Notes: generated by a model from the letters alone, not told the origin. A stretch of 64,000 nucleotides of DNA from Macrostomum lignano (GCA_002269645.1 NIVC01001897.1:113979-177978), one strand, 5' to 3'. Positions 27,379-41,680 are shown, counted from the first letter of the stretch. A program made the numbers and translations.

Positions 27379-27640
27379 AGAGAGAGAGAGAGAGAGAGAG
27401 AGGGGGTGGGAGAAGAGAGAGAGAGAGGGGGTGGGAGAAGAGAGGGAGAGTGAGAGGGTGAGAGAGGGAGAGTGAGAGGAGAGAGGGAGAGTGAGAGGGT
27501 GAGAGAGGGAGAGTGAGAGGGTGAGAGAGGGAGAGTGAGAGGGTGAGAGGGAGAGTGAGAGAGAGAAGGAGAGTGAGAGGGTGAGAGAGGGAGAGTGAGA
27601 GAGAGGGAGAGTGAGAGGGTGAGAGAGGGAGAGTGAGCCC
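27130..27640. repeat. GA-rich low-complexity tract including (GA)n
   Basis: Direct reading. Confidence 0.93.
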
Positions 27641-28289
27641 AACAGAGCTAACACGATAACTTATCCAGTTTTGTTCCCTGAGAACCTGAGAACCGATGGG
27701 GGTAGAGCAGAGTAAAGAAAGCAGAGAATATTTTTGAGAACAATATTTTTGCTTTCGGGTTCAGCTAGGGATAAGCAAAAATGTAATCAAACAAGTCAGT
27801 GGTCAATTATTATTGCTCTTCCCTAGAAGTAAGTCCTCAAAAGCATGTTAACAACAGGTAAATCCGTGTTTAAGCCTCCAAACACCCTCCCCTCGTTTTG
27901 CGAACGTGCTTTTTTGGCAGAAATTTCTGGATGAAATTGCACGGAAAAAGAAAATGCCAGACCTCTCCCGGAGGCGCCCCCGCCCATATTTTTTTCGACT
28001 TGCTGTTTTAATTCCGGAGAAAATATGAATAGGGAAATGCGGAATTTAATTAACGAGAAATCCCTGTCGTCAATCATTATTAAATTTCTTCAAGTCATTT
28101 CTCAGATGTTTTAAATCAGCAATAACTATAATTTATTGATTTTTCGAACTCATCCCTGTAGTAGAATAATAAGACTTGAATTAATAAAACATCTACAATT
28201 TGCACATACATAATGCAATCTATAGGCTGTATCTATAAATTTTTCTAGTAATATTTTAGATAGATAAAGGTAGTTTCTCTCTAAAAGTA

Positions 28290-28730
28290 TAGTTTTATTG
28301 AATCTATAGATCTAAGACTAGATACCGAATCTAAAGATCTATAGATTAAACATTGAATCTAGAGTATAGTGTTAATTGAATCTATAGATCTATAGACTAG
28401 AGATTGAATCTAGAGCATAGTGTTATTGAATCTATAGATCTAAGACTAGATACCGAATCTAAAGATCTATAGATTAGACATTGAATCTAGAGTATAGTGT
28501 TAATTGAATCTATAGATCTATAGAATAGAGACTGAATCTAAAGTATATTGTTATTGAATCTATACACTCGTAGATCTGTAGACTAGAGACTGAATCTAGA
28601 GTATAGTGTCATTGAATCTATAGATCTATAGACTAGAGACTGAATCTAGAGTATAGTGTTATTGAATCTATAGATCTATAGACTAGGGACTGAATCTAGA
28701 GTATAGTGATCTAGACCTGAGACTGAATCA
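28290..28730. repeat. About 50-bp minisatellite rich in palindromes (TCTAGA, TATAGATCTATA)
   Basis: Unit GACTAGAGACTGAATCTAGAGTATAGTGTTATTGAATCTATAGATCTATA. Confidence 0.88.
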
Positions 28731-29214
28731 CTTTCACACTTTGAAGAACTATTTCAAATTACTAATTATTGAATATTTAGCTCAGAAGACACTCCTTGAC
28801 TGACATGTCAGCATAATTTTGCTTCATCTGTATTCCGCCAAACCAACCTAATATTACACAGAATATTAACATAGTTATAATATCCTCTATCATATCACAT
28901 GATAGGCCACAGTGACTCAGAACGCTAGCTGTAACGTTAATAATTAGATTTTTCTTGTCTCGATTCATCTACATAGAGGTCAGGTCAGGAGGCGTGACCT
29001 CGACTGTCAGACCAAGTAGGCAAACTCGACTGGGGTCTGACGCAATCAATGTATGGCGAAAGCGCAAATTGTGCATCGCATATTGATCTGTGCACTGCTG
29101 CATATATTAAGCTATTATACTAATGTTATTTACAGTTTGTTAGAGAAACACTGCTTCGGGATAATCTAAACTGCATGCTAGAGCTTGGAAAGTCATTTCG
29201 GGGTCAACTGCTAC

Positions 29215-30190
29215 CACCTCAGATGCTTCAGTGGGTGCCGCTAACCCCTCCTCAGATGCTTCAGTGGGTGCCGCTACCCCTTCCTCAGATGCTTCAGTGG
29301 GTGCCGCAACCCCTTCCTCAGATGCTTCAGTGGGTGCCGCAACCCCCTCAGATGCTTTAGTGGGTGCCGCAACCCCCTCAGATGCTTCAGTGGGTGCCGC
29401 AACTCCCTCAGATGCTTCAGTGGGTGCCGCTACCCCCTCCTCAGATGCTTCAGTGGGTGCCGCTACCCCCAACCTCAGATGCTTCAGTGGGTGCCGCAAC
29501 CCTCTCAGATGCTTCAGTGGGTGCCGCAACCCCCTCCTCAGATGCTTCAGTGGGTGCCGCTACCCCCTCCTCAGATGCTTCAGTGGGTGCCGCTACCCCC
29601 AACCTCAGATGCTTCAGTGGGTGCCGCAACCCCTTCCTCAGATGCTTCAGTGGGTGCCGCTAACCCCAACCTCAGATGCTTCAGTGGGTGCCGCTACCCC
29701 CTCCTCAGATGCTTCAGTGGGTGCCGCAACCCCTTCCTCAGATGCTTCAGTGGGTGCCGCAACCCCCTCAGATGCTTTAGTGGGTGCCGCTACCTCCTCA
29801 GATGCTTCAGTGGGTGCCGCAACCCCCTCAGATGCTTTAGTGGGTGCCGCAACCCCTTCCTCAGATGCTTCAGTGGGTGCCGCAACCCCCTCAGATGCTT
29901 TAGTGGGTGCCGCTACCTCCTCAGATGCTTCAGGGGGTGCCGCAACCCCCTCATATGCTTTAGTGGGTACTGCTACCTCCTCAGATGCTTCAGGGAGGTG
30001 CCGCTACCCTCTCCTCAGATGCTTTAGTGGGTGCCGCTACCCTCTCCTCAGATGCTTCATTCAGTGGGTGCCGCAACCCTCTGAGATGCTTCAGTGAGTG
30101 CCGCATCCCCCTACTCAGATGCTTCAGTGGGTGCCGCATCCCCCTACTCAGATGCTTCAGTGGGTGCCGCATCCCCCTACTCAGATGCCG
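29215..30190. repeat. 30/33-bp GC-rich minisatellite (CTCAGATGCTTCAGTGGGTGCCGCAACCCC[TTC])n
   Basis: Direct reading. Confidence 0.95.
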
Positions 30191-30589
30191 CCGCCACCCC
30201 TCCTTGATGTCTGGATTCCCGACATAACAAGAATAGAAGCAGACAGAGCTAACAGTAGGAACTATGAAACCAGGCAAAGCGGCAGTGTGACATGTGGAGA
30301 CTACTTACTTTCGTTGACTTTTTCTGCAGTCAGAATGCGAACTATGGAACATGTGAAAAGCGGTGTCATGTATGGGGTGTGGGCATGAGTAAATAATACA
30401 TTTCAAAGCGGCAGTTTTCTGGCCTATTGAGCTCACAGCCAGCTCCACCGCTTGGACTGACAATGGCATGACAATATTAAAGGAACTTTTGCGAGCTTTT
30501 GAGCAAATATAGAATCTTTATATTCACGAGTCCGACTAAGGACTTACAGAGGATCTTAACTGTTCTATTTTCTAATATCCTCTAATTCA

Positions 30590-31520
30590 GAGGGGAAAAA
30601 AGAAGATTCTCAAATCCATATACTAAAAATTCCCAAGTAATTCCCAAGATTCTCAATTCCCACTACGAGTAAATCCCCAGATTCTCAAATCCCAACTAAA
30701 TCCCAAGATTCTCAATTCCCACTACGAGTAAATCCCCAGATTCTCAACTCCCAACTAAATCCCTTCGATTCTGAAATTACAACTAAATCCCTAGATTCTC
30801 AAAGATTCCAAATAAATCCCCAGATTCTGAAAACCCAACTCAACTCTCCAATTCTGAAATCCCAATTGAATCTCCAGATTTTAAAATCCCAACTAATACC
30901 ATGTTCTAAATCCCAACTAAATCCCATATTCTCAAATCCCAACTAAATCCCCAGATTCTCTGATCCCAACTAAATCCCAGATTCTCAAATCCCAACTAAA
31001 TACCCAGATTCTCAAATCTCAACTAAATCCCTTCGATTCTCAAATCCCAACTAAATCCCTAGATTTTTAAATCCCAACTAAACTCGATTCTCAAATCCCA
31101 ACTAAATCCCAAGATTTTAAATTCCTAAGATTTTTAAATCCCAACTAAATCCCAGATTCTCAAATCCCAACTAAATCCTCAGATTCTAAAATCCCAACTT
31201 AATCCCTTCGATTCTCAAATCCCAACTACAGTAAATCCCAAGATTTTTAAATCCCAACTAAATCCCTTCGATTCTCACATCCCAACTAGATCCCAGATTC
31301 TCAAATCCCAAATAAATCCCCAGATTCTCTGACCCCAACTAAATCCCCAGATTCTCTGACCCCAACTAAATCCCCAGATTCTCAAATCCCAACTAAATCC
31401 CCAGATTCTCTGACCCCAACTAAATCCCCAGATTCTCAAATCCCGAATAAATCCCCAGATTTTCTGACCCCAACTAAATCCCCAGATTCTCAAATCCCAA
31501 ATAAATCCCTAGATCCAAAC
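30590..31520. repeat. About 27-bp degenerate minisatellite (AAATCCCAACTAAATCCCCAGATTCTC)n
   Basis: Direct reading. Confidence 0.92.
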
Positions 31521-32049
31521 AACAACTTATGAAACCAAATTGGGATTCCAGAATCCAGATAGTCGAAATCTGCAGAAATCCTCACATCCTAAAAATCCCC
31601 TAATAAAACCAGTTGATTTGAATGGGCTGGGGCTTGGTAGAAGAATGATGATACGTGTTGAGATGGTTAAGTACAGTACTGAGTGAGTATGAATTGACCC
31701 CACAGTACCTAGCGATCAAGCCATCCCCCAAAATAACTTCCATGCAGGTGCAGGCTCCAGTCTCCAGCTCTGCATCATACTTGGAGATAGCGGGTAGGTA
31801 TGGGTATGTATTGCCGCATGCCTTGAGTCACACTGGCCTCATTGAGCTGACCTGATTAGGATGCAGCACCACGCGGAGGCTGCATGGAACCGCTAGGGTT
31901 TGCCCTCCTCCCTGCATTTACCTTTCTTGCTCTTTAATTTTATACTGTATTCTGATAATAAACCCATCTTGCATCAAAGACAAAACCATTTTTAGGAATC
32001 TATTGATAGATAGGGATCATATCGCTTGGTATAGGAGCTTTTCAGAAAT

Positions 32050-32900
32050 CTTTGGATCCACTAAATACTCCACTCTACTCACCTCCCTACCCTACTCTAC
32101 CCATCTCTCACCATCTCTCTTCATACTCTACGCTACCCATCTACGTAATTCTCTCTCGTCTCCCTACACTATCTACCCATCTATTTCTGTCTCTCTCGTC
32201 TCCCTCCCTACCCTATCTATACCAATCTACTTCTGTCTCTCTCTCTCGTCTCCCTCCCTACCCTATCTATACCAATCTACTTAAATTATGTCTCTCGTCT
32301 CCCTACCCTATCTATACCAATCTAATCTACTTCTGTCTCTCTCTCTCTCGTCTCCCTCCCTACCCTATGTATACCAATCTACTTCTATGTCTCTCTCGTC
32401 TCCCTCCCTACCCTATGTATACCAATCTACTTCTATGTCTCTCTCGTCTCCCTCCCTACCCTATCTATACCAATCTACTTCTGTCTCTCTCTCTCGCCTC
32501 CCTCCCTACCCCATCTATACCAATCTACTTCATGTCCCTCTCTCTCGTCTCCCTCCCTACCCTATCTATACCAATCTACTTCTGCGTCTCTCTCTCGTCT
32601 CCCTCCCTACCCTATCTATACCAATCTACTTCTGTCTCTCTCTCTCGCCTCCCTCCCTACCCCATCTATACCAATCTACTTCTATGTCCCTCTCTCTCGT
32701 CTCCCTCCCTACCCTATCTATACCAATCTACTTCTGCGTCTCTCTCTCGTCTCCCTCCCTACCCTATCTATACCAATCTACTTCTGTCTCTCTCTCTCGT
32801 CTCCCTCCCTACCCTATATATACCAATCTACTTCTGTCTCTCTCTCTCGTCTCCCTACCCTACCGTACCTACCCATACTTCTGTCTCTCTCGTCTCTCTA
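32050..32900. repeat. About 48-bp minisatellite (CTCTCTCGTCTCCCTCCCTACCCTATCTATACCAATCTACTTCTGTCT)n
   Basis: Direct reading. Confidence 0.92.
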
Positions 32901-35900
32901 CCCAACTCAAACCAGTTGTTAACTACTCTTCGACAATTTCTCAACAGTATCAGCAAATTCGTTTACCACCTCGTCAGTCAATATTTGACCTAAATAACCT
33001 AATTTATTATATCAATCTTATATGGTAGGTCAAATTGGAATCTAAGGTTCTATCTGATATAAACTGTTTGCGATGCTTATAACAAACAGCGATGATGAGG
33101 GTGAGACGACACCCGCCATAGCCTCCCAGCCTCAATCTCAGTCTCATTACTTGAGCTCGATAATATTCGATAAGCACTGACAATCTGTTAACCGTTACAT
33201 AATATAATACAATACCATATTTAGTTAGTTAAAGTTGTCCATTCCTTACTTTTCTTTATCTCTGCATCTCGGATATCGACTCATTGAAAATTTGACTGAC
33301 TGTTGAAAAACTTAAACATATGGCGCTGATTGATGCAGCAGTCTATTTCTATTGTCTAACAATTTTCAACTCTAAATGAATTGAATCGAATGGACACTAA
33401 TAATAGGTGCATTTTATTTTGCTATTATTTTTTTTCGAATTTGAATGACACATTCGAGCTAATAATTCCGTTGGTCAATTTTAGCGTAATATACAAAAAT
33501 CCTACAAAAACGATTAATAAGATGACGAGGCATCTGTTCTAGCTTGTCGTTGCAATTTACTCCAGCCGTTTACCTAAAGTTATATTCTATTAATAGGCTA
33601 GAATAAAAGTACATATAAGCTACAAGTTAGTCCTAATCAATATCACTTTTACCAGTGGCTAATTAATTACTTGGAATCAGAGACTGTTAGTAGGACAGAC
33701 AGAAAAAATGGCAAAATTTGGTTGTCGTTGTCGGTTGTTCAAGAAGGCGATGTTTGAGTCGTGCTAACTGAGAATGCAAGGCTGTCATTATTAAGCGTTT
33801 CCCTTTGCTTTTGTTGATTAGCAATTGCCAGTAAAGTTGGTCTCAGATTACAGTCCGGAGATTAACCAACCTAATACCATCCTTGTCCTTGTCATTGATT
33901 TGTGCGGCGGATTGCCAGGGTGTATTTTTTGATTAATCAACTGGCCGCTGGCCCTGGCTATAACTATACCTATTATTATAGATTAATAATACTCGTAATA
34001 TTAATAAGATTAAGATCTGGTAAAAGAAGACAAAAATGAACTGGTTTGTTGCTTTGGGTGTCAAATTGTCATTGGCAGTGTCATTTCTATAAGTCGTATA
34101 AATTAATATACATACGAGATTAATGAAATGAACTGAATCAGAAACGATCTAACCTAAAGGGAAAGGCGAAATCCCGATTAATTAAAAGTGTGGAGTACTT
34201 ACATTGTTGTCCGAAGATGATGATGATCACGTGAACCGCTATCTTCGCAGCAGTCTAGCAGCAGCAAGTAGCAGCTGGTGTAGTTTAGTTAGTCGGACTA
34301 TTTCTTCTTCCTTGCGAGTGCCTTATCAGACGAAACGAGACGGTTCGCCAATAAAGTAATTACGATTTAAGATAATTTTCAATATAATTAGAACCTTTTA
34401 CTAAACTAATGTTTAGTAAAAAATAAAAATAAGAACGGACGACCGAAGATGTCTTGGTCCAGCTTAAGGGAGGTCCTTTTCGGTTCAATTAATTAAAGTA
34501 TATATAATTGGCGTAAACAGCATGCAAGGCCCCCAGAGAAAGGTTCCGATTTAATAGTCGGGGGGGAGGGGGTTCTAGCTGGACAGGGGCCGAAGCTGAC
34601 TAAGTTGGGAGCCGCTAAATTGTATTGGCGACCCACCACCCAGCCAGCCCCAACTCCCCGCCACCCCAATTCTCCACAGCCAATACATTCTCTGCCCTGC
34701 GGCACCAACCAATAGAATGAAGATAGATTTAACTTGGGAATGTGGATGTTGAGCAAAACCAGAGAAGTTCCTATTCTCTGATTAGTTCTTTAACTTATGT
34801 AGTTTTGACACATTCTAGTTGATGGACAATGAAATAGCTTCTTGGGTAGGAATTAGAAGTTTGGGCCCTGGGCCAATACTCGTTTTCTTCTTGAAACTTG
34901 AACCTCTGTCACTGACTTGTATGAATCTAGTCTTCGTCTTTGATGGTCTTTCTTAGCTTATATTCTAACACTTAGGTTAGTAGCGGCATTAGCCCAAACT
35001 ACACCATAACCTGCTAGCTGCAGTATCCTCCTGAATGAATTTAGCAGGGCAGAGACCCGTTGTTCTTTTTACTTGGGTTCCCATCTGCTTTTATTTTCGT
35101 TTTCCTCCAAAGTTCAAGCTTCTAAGTCAAGACGACCTCCGAAGCCTTGAAAACCAGGGATAGGGAGAAATTTATGACGAGCCTTAAGCTTATTACACTG
35201 CACAACACTACGCAAGGAAGGGCGGAAAAAATCCTGTCCAAGTCAACACGTTCCTATCCTAATATCCCTTACCTCCCCCTCCCTATTCAGAGTATCCGAC
35301 TCTGCAATAATATAGTAGACTATACAATATGCATGCATGCATGATACTATATATAATCCAAGCAGTTTCAGTTTTAAAAACTGCTAATCCAAGGCTTGGT
35401 GCTGCTGGGGGTCAGGCATATAAACATACTATATACCTACCAAGTCCTATAACATTCTTACACAAGTTACACTAATACCATGCAAGCATACAGGCTGCAT
35501 ATCGCAGTAAATTTTTTTAACCGAAATAGGTTTGGTGCATGGGTTGTTGTCTGCAAAAATACGCTTTTTGAAGTTTGAAGTTTGAACGCGCAGCAGTCTT
35601 GCAGAAGGTACTAATAGCTGTATGCAAGCCAAGGACAGGGCAGGTATTCATATGGGTTTAGTTAGTATTAGGTATACAAATTCATATTAAAAGCAACAGC
35701 AGGGCAGCAGCTGGCACAGCCACCAGTTGGGGACGCGAATCTGGAATGGTGATTGGTGACAAATGCACCATTTGAAATTCGCCTCTCTGAAAGAACACCA
35801 AATGTCCAGCAAAGTCATTTCACGGGGGAACGGATCGTGCGGGGCGGTCGTGGGTGCAGCAGGCAAGCCAGAAGACAGAAACCATTGCAGACTGACTGCA

Positions 35901-36094
35901 CCGCACGTGTCACATCACATTGGCTATATCTGTTTCTATAGTTGGATTAGCAAACATTTTCTGGAATAAGGACTTCTGTGATGTAAACGTAAAGGGGAAG
36001 ACTGGGGGGAAGTTAGAAGGACTTAGATTTGAAGAAGAAAGATAGCATCATAGCACTGTACAGTTCAATTCTAAAATGTGTGATTGTAGGGAGT

Positions 36095-36915
36095 TTGAGA
36101 GTTGAGAGCGAGAGCAGGAGATTGAGGCGGATATGAGACAGTGAGAGTTGAGAGCAAGAGCAGGAGACTGAGATGGATATGAGACAGTGAGAGTTGAGAG
36201 CAAGAGCAGGAGACTGAGATGGATATGAGACACAGTGAGAGTTGAGAGCGAGAGCAGGAGACTGAGATGGATATGAGACACAGTGAGAATTGAGAGCAAG
36301 AGCAGGAGACTGAGATGGATATGAGACCAGTGAGAGTTGAGAGCAAGAGCAGGAGACTGAGATGGATATGAGACACCGTGAGAGTTGAGAGCAAGAGCAG
36401 GAGACTGAGATGGATATGAGGCCAGTGAGAGTTGAGAGCAAGAGCAGGAGACTGAGATGGATATGAGACACCGTGAGAGTTGAGAGCAAGAGCAGGAGAC
36501 TGAGATGGATATGAGGCCAGTGAGAGTTGAGAGCAAGAGCAGGAGACTGAGATGGATATGAGACACAGTGAGAATTGAGAGCAAGAGCAGGAGACTGAGA
36601 TGAATATGAGACACAGTGAGAGTTGAGAGCGGGAGCAGGAGACTGAGATGGATATGAGACCAGTGAGAGTTGAGAGCAAGAGCAGGAGACTGAGATGGAT
36701 ATGAGACACCGTGAGAGTTGAGAGCAAGAGCAGGAGACTGAGATGGATATGAGGCCAGTGAGAGTTGAGAGCAAGAGCAGGAGACTGAGATGGATATGAG
36801 GCCAGTGAGAGTTGAGAGCGAGAGCAGGAGACTGAGATGGATATGAGACACAGTGAGAATTGAGAGCAAGAGCAGGAGACTGAGATGGGTATAGGGACCG
36901 GTGAGAGTTGAGAAC
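36095..36915. repeat. 47/48-bp minisatellite (GTGAGAGTTGAGAGCAAGAGCAGGAGACTGAGATGGATATGAGACACA)n
   Basis: Direct reading. Confidence 0.95.
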
Positions 36916-37983
36916 GAAAGGGAGAATAAAAAAGTACAGAAAGAATCTGTGTTGAAGTAAATGCATGTGACACAATATAATGAGGGGTCGGGGAGTGCAT
37001 ACAAAGATTCGGCAACTACACAGGTAAGAGACTACCGAGACAGGAAATTGATAAGAATCAACGGGGAGCCGAGAGAAAAGATTAAGGGTTTGCATTCGGA
37101 GAAGGCTGAGAGCCGGGCGACAACTCAAATCTGGCACACAGAGAGTCATCATAATCATCACAGAATGGATTATATGTCAAGAAATTGCATTCGCGATGAA
37201 AAATTGTCATCACTGCACTGTTATTCAGTTAATTCAGTGTGTTTAGCGATGAAGCATTGCTGCAGCCAGCAACTTTCGCTATTCTCCAGTTTCCTCTAGC
37301 TGTGAAAGACTTTAGTACCGGAAAGTCCTATATGTAGCTACCGCAGAAGCAGCGAAGCTTGAATGTTTGCTCTTTGCATAACAGACCCACTTTTTTGTCT
37401 CCCAAATGTTGTTATTTTATTCTCTTCTTGACGAGCTCTCCAACTTGAATAATGATGCCCTAATTCTACAGTTAGTCAGTCTGTTCTTTCTCGCTATCCT
37501 TCGCCATTTTGCTGCATGCTTTCAACGCTTTGGGTTGTGCAGGCAGGCATTACTGCCATCATCCAGACATCACATGCACATGGCACACACTCAGGAATTC
37601 GATATATGTGTGTTCCTCAACTCTTTGCTAGTCTTGGTTGCTGCAGCATACAGTTGCTGCTTCAAGCATGGCGGGTGGGAGTTGCAATATGGTAGAGGCC
37701 CAGCACTGCTTGAAAGCTGATATTGGTTCGATACATATACAATAAACGCATCGAAAAGTAGCTATCTCCTTCTCTCTCTCTCTCCATTTTGTAAGTGTTT
37801 CGCTGGTTGTCGAAAAGACAGCAAGGAGAATATGGAAATATATGGAGATGGGCATGAGCAAGAGCAATCCGCAAGAACATTATGCGACCCTCCTTCATAC
37901 TGCGCTACATGTCATGGTTGCCAGACACTGCACTGTGGTGACGGTGGTTTTGGCGGTCTGCAAACTGTGACTTTTCCTTTCTC

Positions 37984-37984
<1 letters not shown>

Positions 37985-38022
<38 letters not shown>
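37985..38022. repeat. (CT)n microsatellite
   Basis: Direct reading. Confidence 0.9.
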
Positions 38023-38029
<7 letters not shown>

Positions 38030-38349
38030 ATGTATGACTCCCCTGAATAATTTTCCCTGTGAATGTGTCAACGTGTTGTCTATGCTGCACGTCGGATCTT
38101 GAATATCCGTTTGTACCAGTTTGGCCTGGAGGTCGGTTCTGCTCCCATAAACCAAGAATTTGCGTGCGTGTGTGTGTTGTAGGTCTGTTATGCGACTTTC
38201 TTGAGAGGGCATTTTGGGTTAAATATTAGAAAGCAATTTCTATGAGAGCTGTTTTCTGTGACTTAGAGATGTGTAATAACTGTCCTTTATGTTAGCCTAC
38301 AGTTTTACAGCTCTTTTTACAGTTATTGGTACAGTTATTTTTTCGATTC

Positions 38350-38745
38350 TAAGCTCATCTACTCAAATAGGTCATCAGTTCTTTAGCTCATCTTCTCAAA
38401 TATAGGTCGTCAGTTCCCCAGCTCATCTACTCAAATAGGTCATCAGTTCTCCAGCTCATCTTCTCAAATATAGGTCATCAGTTCCCCAGCTCATCTACTC
38501 AAATAGGTCATCAGTTTCCCAGCTCATCTACTCAAATATAGGTCATCAGTTTCCCAGCTCATCTACTCAAATATAGGTCATCAGTTTCCCAGCTCATCTA
38601 CTCAAATATAGGTCATCAGTTTCCCAGCTCATCTACTCAAATATAGGTCATCAGTTCCCCAGCTCATCTACTCAAATATAGGTCATCAGTTTCCCAGCTC
38701 ATCTACTCAAATATAGGTCATCAGTTTCCCAGCTCATCTACTCCG
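38350..38745. repeat. 33-35-bp minisatellite (AGCTCATCTACTCAAATATAGGTCATCAGTTTCCC)n
   Basis: Direct reading. Confidence 0.93.
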
Positions 38746-41129
38746 TCAAAAAATCGATGATGATTTATTGCCACCACAAAGCTATAGATTCTTTCTATAC
38801 ACTTTCCCACTAAAACATTGTTGCTTTTAACTCACTTTCTCTTCAGTTCAGTAACTATCAGCAGAAGGTTCTAAATCATCCAAGCTCCACTATTTATAGC
38901 TCAATTCTCGAACCTGTGCTAGCTTAGCTCTATTTTACAAGCAATAAATTAATTTTTTTTTGATATTCCCAAATCGTTCCCAATTGTTGTCGTATAAGCA
39001 TACACGCTAGTTTCAGCAGGAGCTAAAGTGGAAACTATTAACTAAACAGAAAAAGCAGCCACTATTCCATTGCTCGTAATATAGTCCATTGAGATACGAA
39101 AGGTGTATAACTAACGGAACTAAAATGTGAGTTGTTTGCAGTATAAAATAGCTCTGTAGGGCTGATCTCTCAACGATATAGGCCATCTGTTATAGACGTG
39201 GATTCTTGTCAATCAATCAGCCAGTTAGTTATACATGATCCTTCAGTGTTCCTGTCTGCATGGCGTACGACTGTGTATTACAAGCAAGCAAGTCCACGAG
39301 ACTACGTTACAGCAAGGGTGTGAATTTCGATTGAGTGCGTAAAAAAGTATCATATACTTCTTCAACTGGGTGCAAATATAAGTTTTTTTTCGCTTGGAGT
39401 ATAGTGTCTAATAATATCATTTCTGAGTCGAAACCTATATACATTCGGACTCCAATAGATGATGCTATTTAAACGCGATATGTCCGTACAGAACAGTACA
39501 AACTCAATTCAGCACTTGATTGCTTCTCTCCGGCTTTGAAGACTTCCGATGAACTTGGAGCAAACTTCCACTCCAAGATAATTTCAAATTTCTTCTTCTG
39601 TGATCCCCCATGAGGATGCTTGTTCGAGATCCCACAAGACGCGAATTGCAGATCCGCCTGTTGCATTCTTTTACCAAAAATAATCCCCAAGTTAATTGTG
39701 TCGCGTGCAGCATCTGACTGACCCCAGCTGCCCTAAAACATGGCAGTGAAGATTCTGTGGCCACGCGCCCAAAGCTGCATCATTGCTCGTGTGGCTCCAT
39801 CTCTCTCTTCTAACAATTTTTGAGATGTCAGAGCAATCATAGGATTATGACTTTCTGATTGTACCCATGCCAAGAATTGCATTGCGCATATTGTATTGAT
39901 AAAGATTGCTTGTCAAAGGATTTGCTAACACTAACATCCATGCCTAATTATTGCATCATCACAGCCGAATATCGATGTTGAAATGAAGGTTTTCTATTCA
40001 ATTTTCAACTCGATGCGATGTTGCCATATCATTGACACCTGAGAGCTTTGACATTTAGAAAATTTCTATTCAACACATAAATACGGATACAATTGGGTTG
40101 AAATCAGTGTTTTGCTTGTACACACGCCCTCGTAGCCACCACCTGTGGAATGAATGAAAATCGAAAATTTTGGAAATGTCAAACCTTCGGGGTAAGGATT
40201 AATACCCATGGCCTGTAAGGGCACGCACTGCGAGTTCCCACCAGGTGCGAATTTTCACTCCCTAATTCTCATTGTTGTCGGAGTCCCACACAGAGTTGCG
40301 CAATACTATAGAGGGAGAACTACCTTGGAAAGTTATAGAACAAATGGAGATTATTTCGCACCTTCAACACACTATACAGCATGGAAATGTTGGTAGACGC
40401 GCTAAAACCATGGCCTCTGGTTGATGTATGACCAATTTCTAAACTTGCTAACCAACTTTGTAACTAGAGTTCCCCGTTTCATATCCAGACGGTTGGTCAA
40501 ACGGTTTAATGGACCCAGCAACAGTTTGATAAAATAGACCAATATCTGGCAAAATGTGCCAAAAGTTAAAGTGAGAAGTCGAACTTGAAAAAAGGTTCAT
40601 TCAAAGTTCGTATCTTAAACGACTCGAACTCGAAAACTCCTCCTCCCCGATCTTCCCAAAGCTCTGACTCGATTTCATCTCCGCTGAATGGCAAGGAGGT
40701 AAGGCGATTAAAAAGATTTCAATCTAACTTCATATCGTATTTATCATGGCGCACAAAGACTTTTTGGGCCAATTTAATCAAGAGGCTTAAAGCTCGAGGT
40801 AAACCGTGCTGACTGAATTGGATCTTAGAGAACAATGCTGGGTTTAATGACGATTGCAGCACTGATATTTGACTTTCGCCGTATCTGATTAAGTTTTAGA
40901 AGATTCTGGCGGTTCATAGAAAGTTTTTTTCACTTCCTGCGAACAACAAAGAAGTTAATAATCTGCTTTAATTCATTTCATTTATCAGCACATGCTGTGC
41001 TAAGACTTCACAGCTAGAGGTCATAAAGAGAAAGCCTTATAAGTTCGAGTAAACTAATTTTCTAAATTTACTCTGTACTAATATCAACTTAGCATTGTGT
41101 GGCCTCATATTGGCTTAATATTAGCACCC

Positions 41130-41680
41130 CTTGGCCTAAACTGGCGCCCCATAACCTAACATGGCGCCCCGAAGCATAAACTGACGCCCCGTAACCTAAC
41201 ATGGCACCCCGAAGCATAAACTGGCGCCCCGTAGCCTAAACTGGCGCTCCGTAGCGTAAACTGGCGCCCCGTAGCCTAACCTGGCGCCCCGTAGCCTAAA
41301 CTGGCGCCCCGTAGCCTAAACTGGCGTCCCGTAGCCTAAACTGGCGCCCTGTAGCCTAAACTGGTGTCCCGTAGCCTAAACTGGCGCCTCGTAACCTAAG
41401 ATGGCGCCCCGAAGCATAAACTGGCGCCCCGTAGACTAAACTGGCGCTTTTTAGACTAAACTGGCGCCCCGTAGCCTAAACTGGCGCCCCGTAGCCTTAA
41501 TTGGCGCCCCGTAGCCTAAACTGGCGCCCCGTAGCCTAAACTGGCGCCTCGTAACCTAAACTGGCGTCCCGTAGCCTAAACTGGCGCCTCGTAACCCAAG
41601 ATGGCGCCACGAAGCATAAACTGGCGCTTTTTCGCCTAAAGTGGCGTCCCATAAACTAAACACGCACTCCGTAGTCCTAA
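41130..41680. repeat. 20-bp CpG-rich minisatellite (CTGGCGCCCCGTAGCCTAAA)n, array A
   Basis: Direct reading. Confidence 0.93.

Noticed and set aside
34310-34355. GACGAAAC...AATAAA resembling a Penelope-type hammerhead end
   Set aside because: The CUGANGA box is absent (CTTGCGA) and stems I and II do not pair.
38350-38745. CRISPR-like 33-35-bp repeats; on the minus strand each unit also has CTGATGA and GAAA (hammerhead/C-box-like)
   Set aside because: The units are contiguous with no unique spacers, in a eukaryotic context. GAAA runs straight into the next CTGATGA with no stem III or stem I, so no ribozyme fold.
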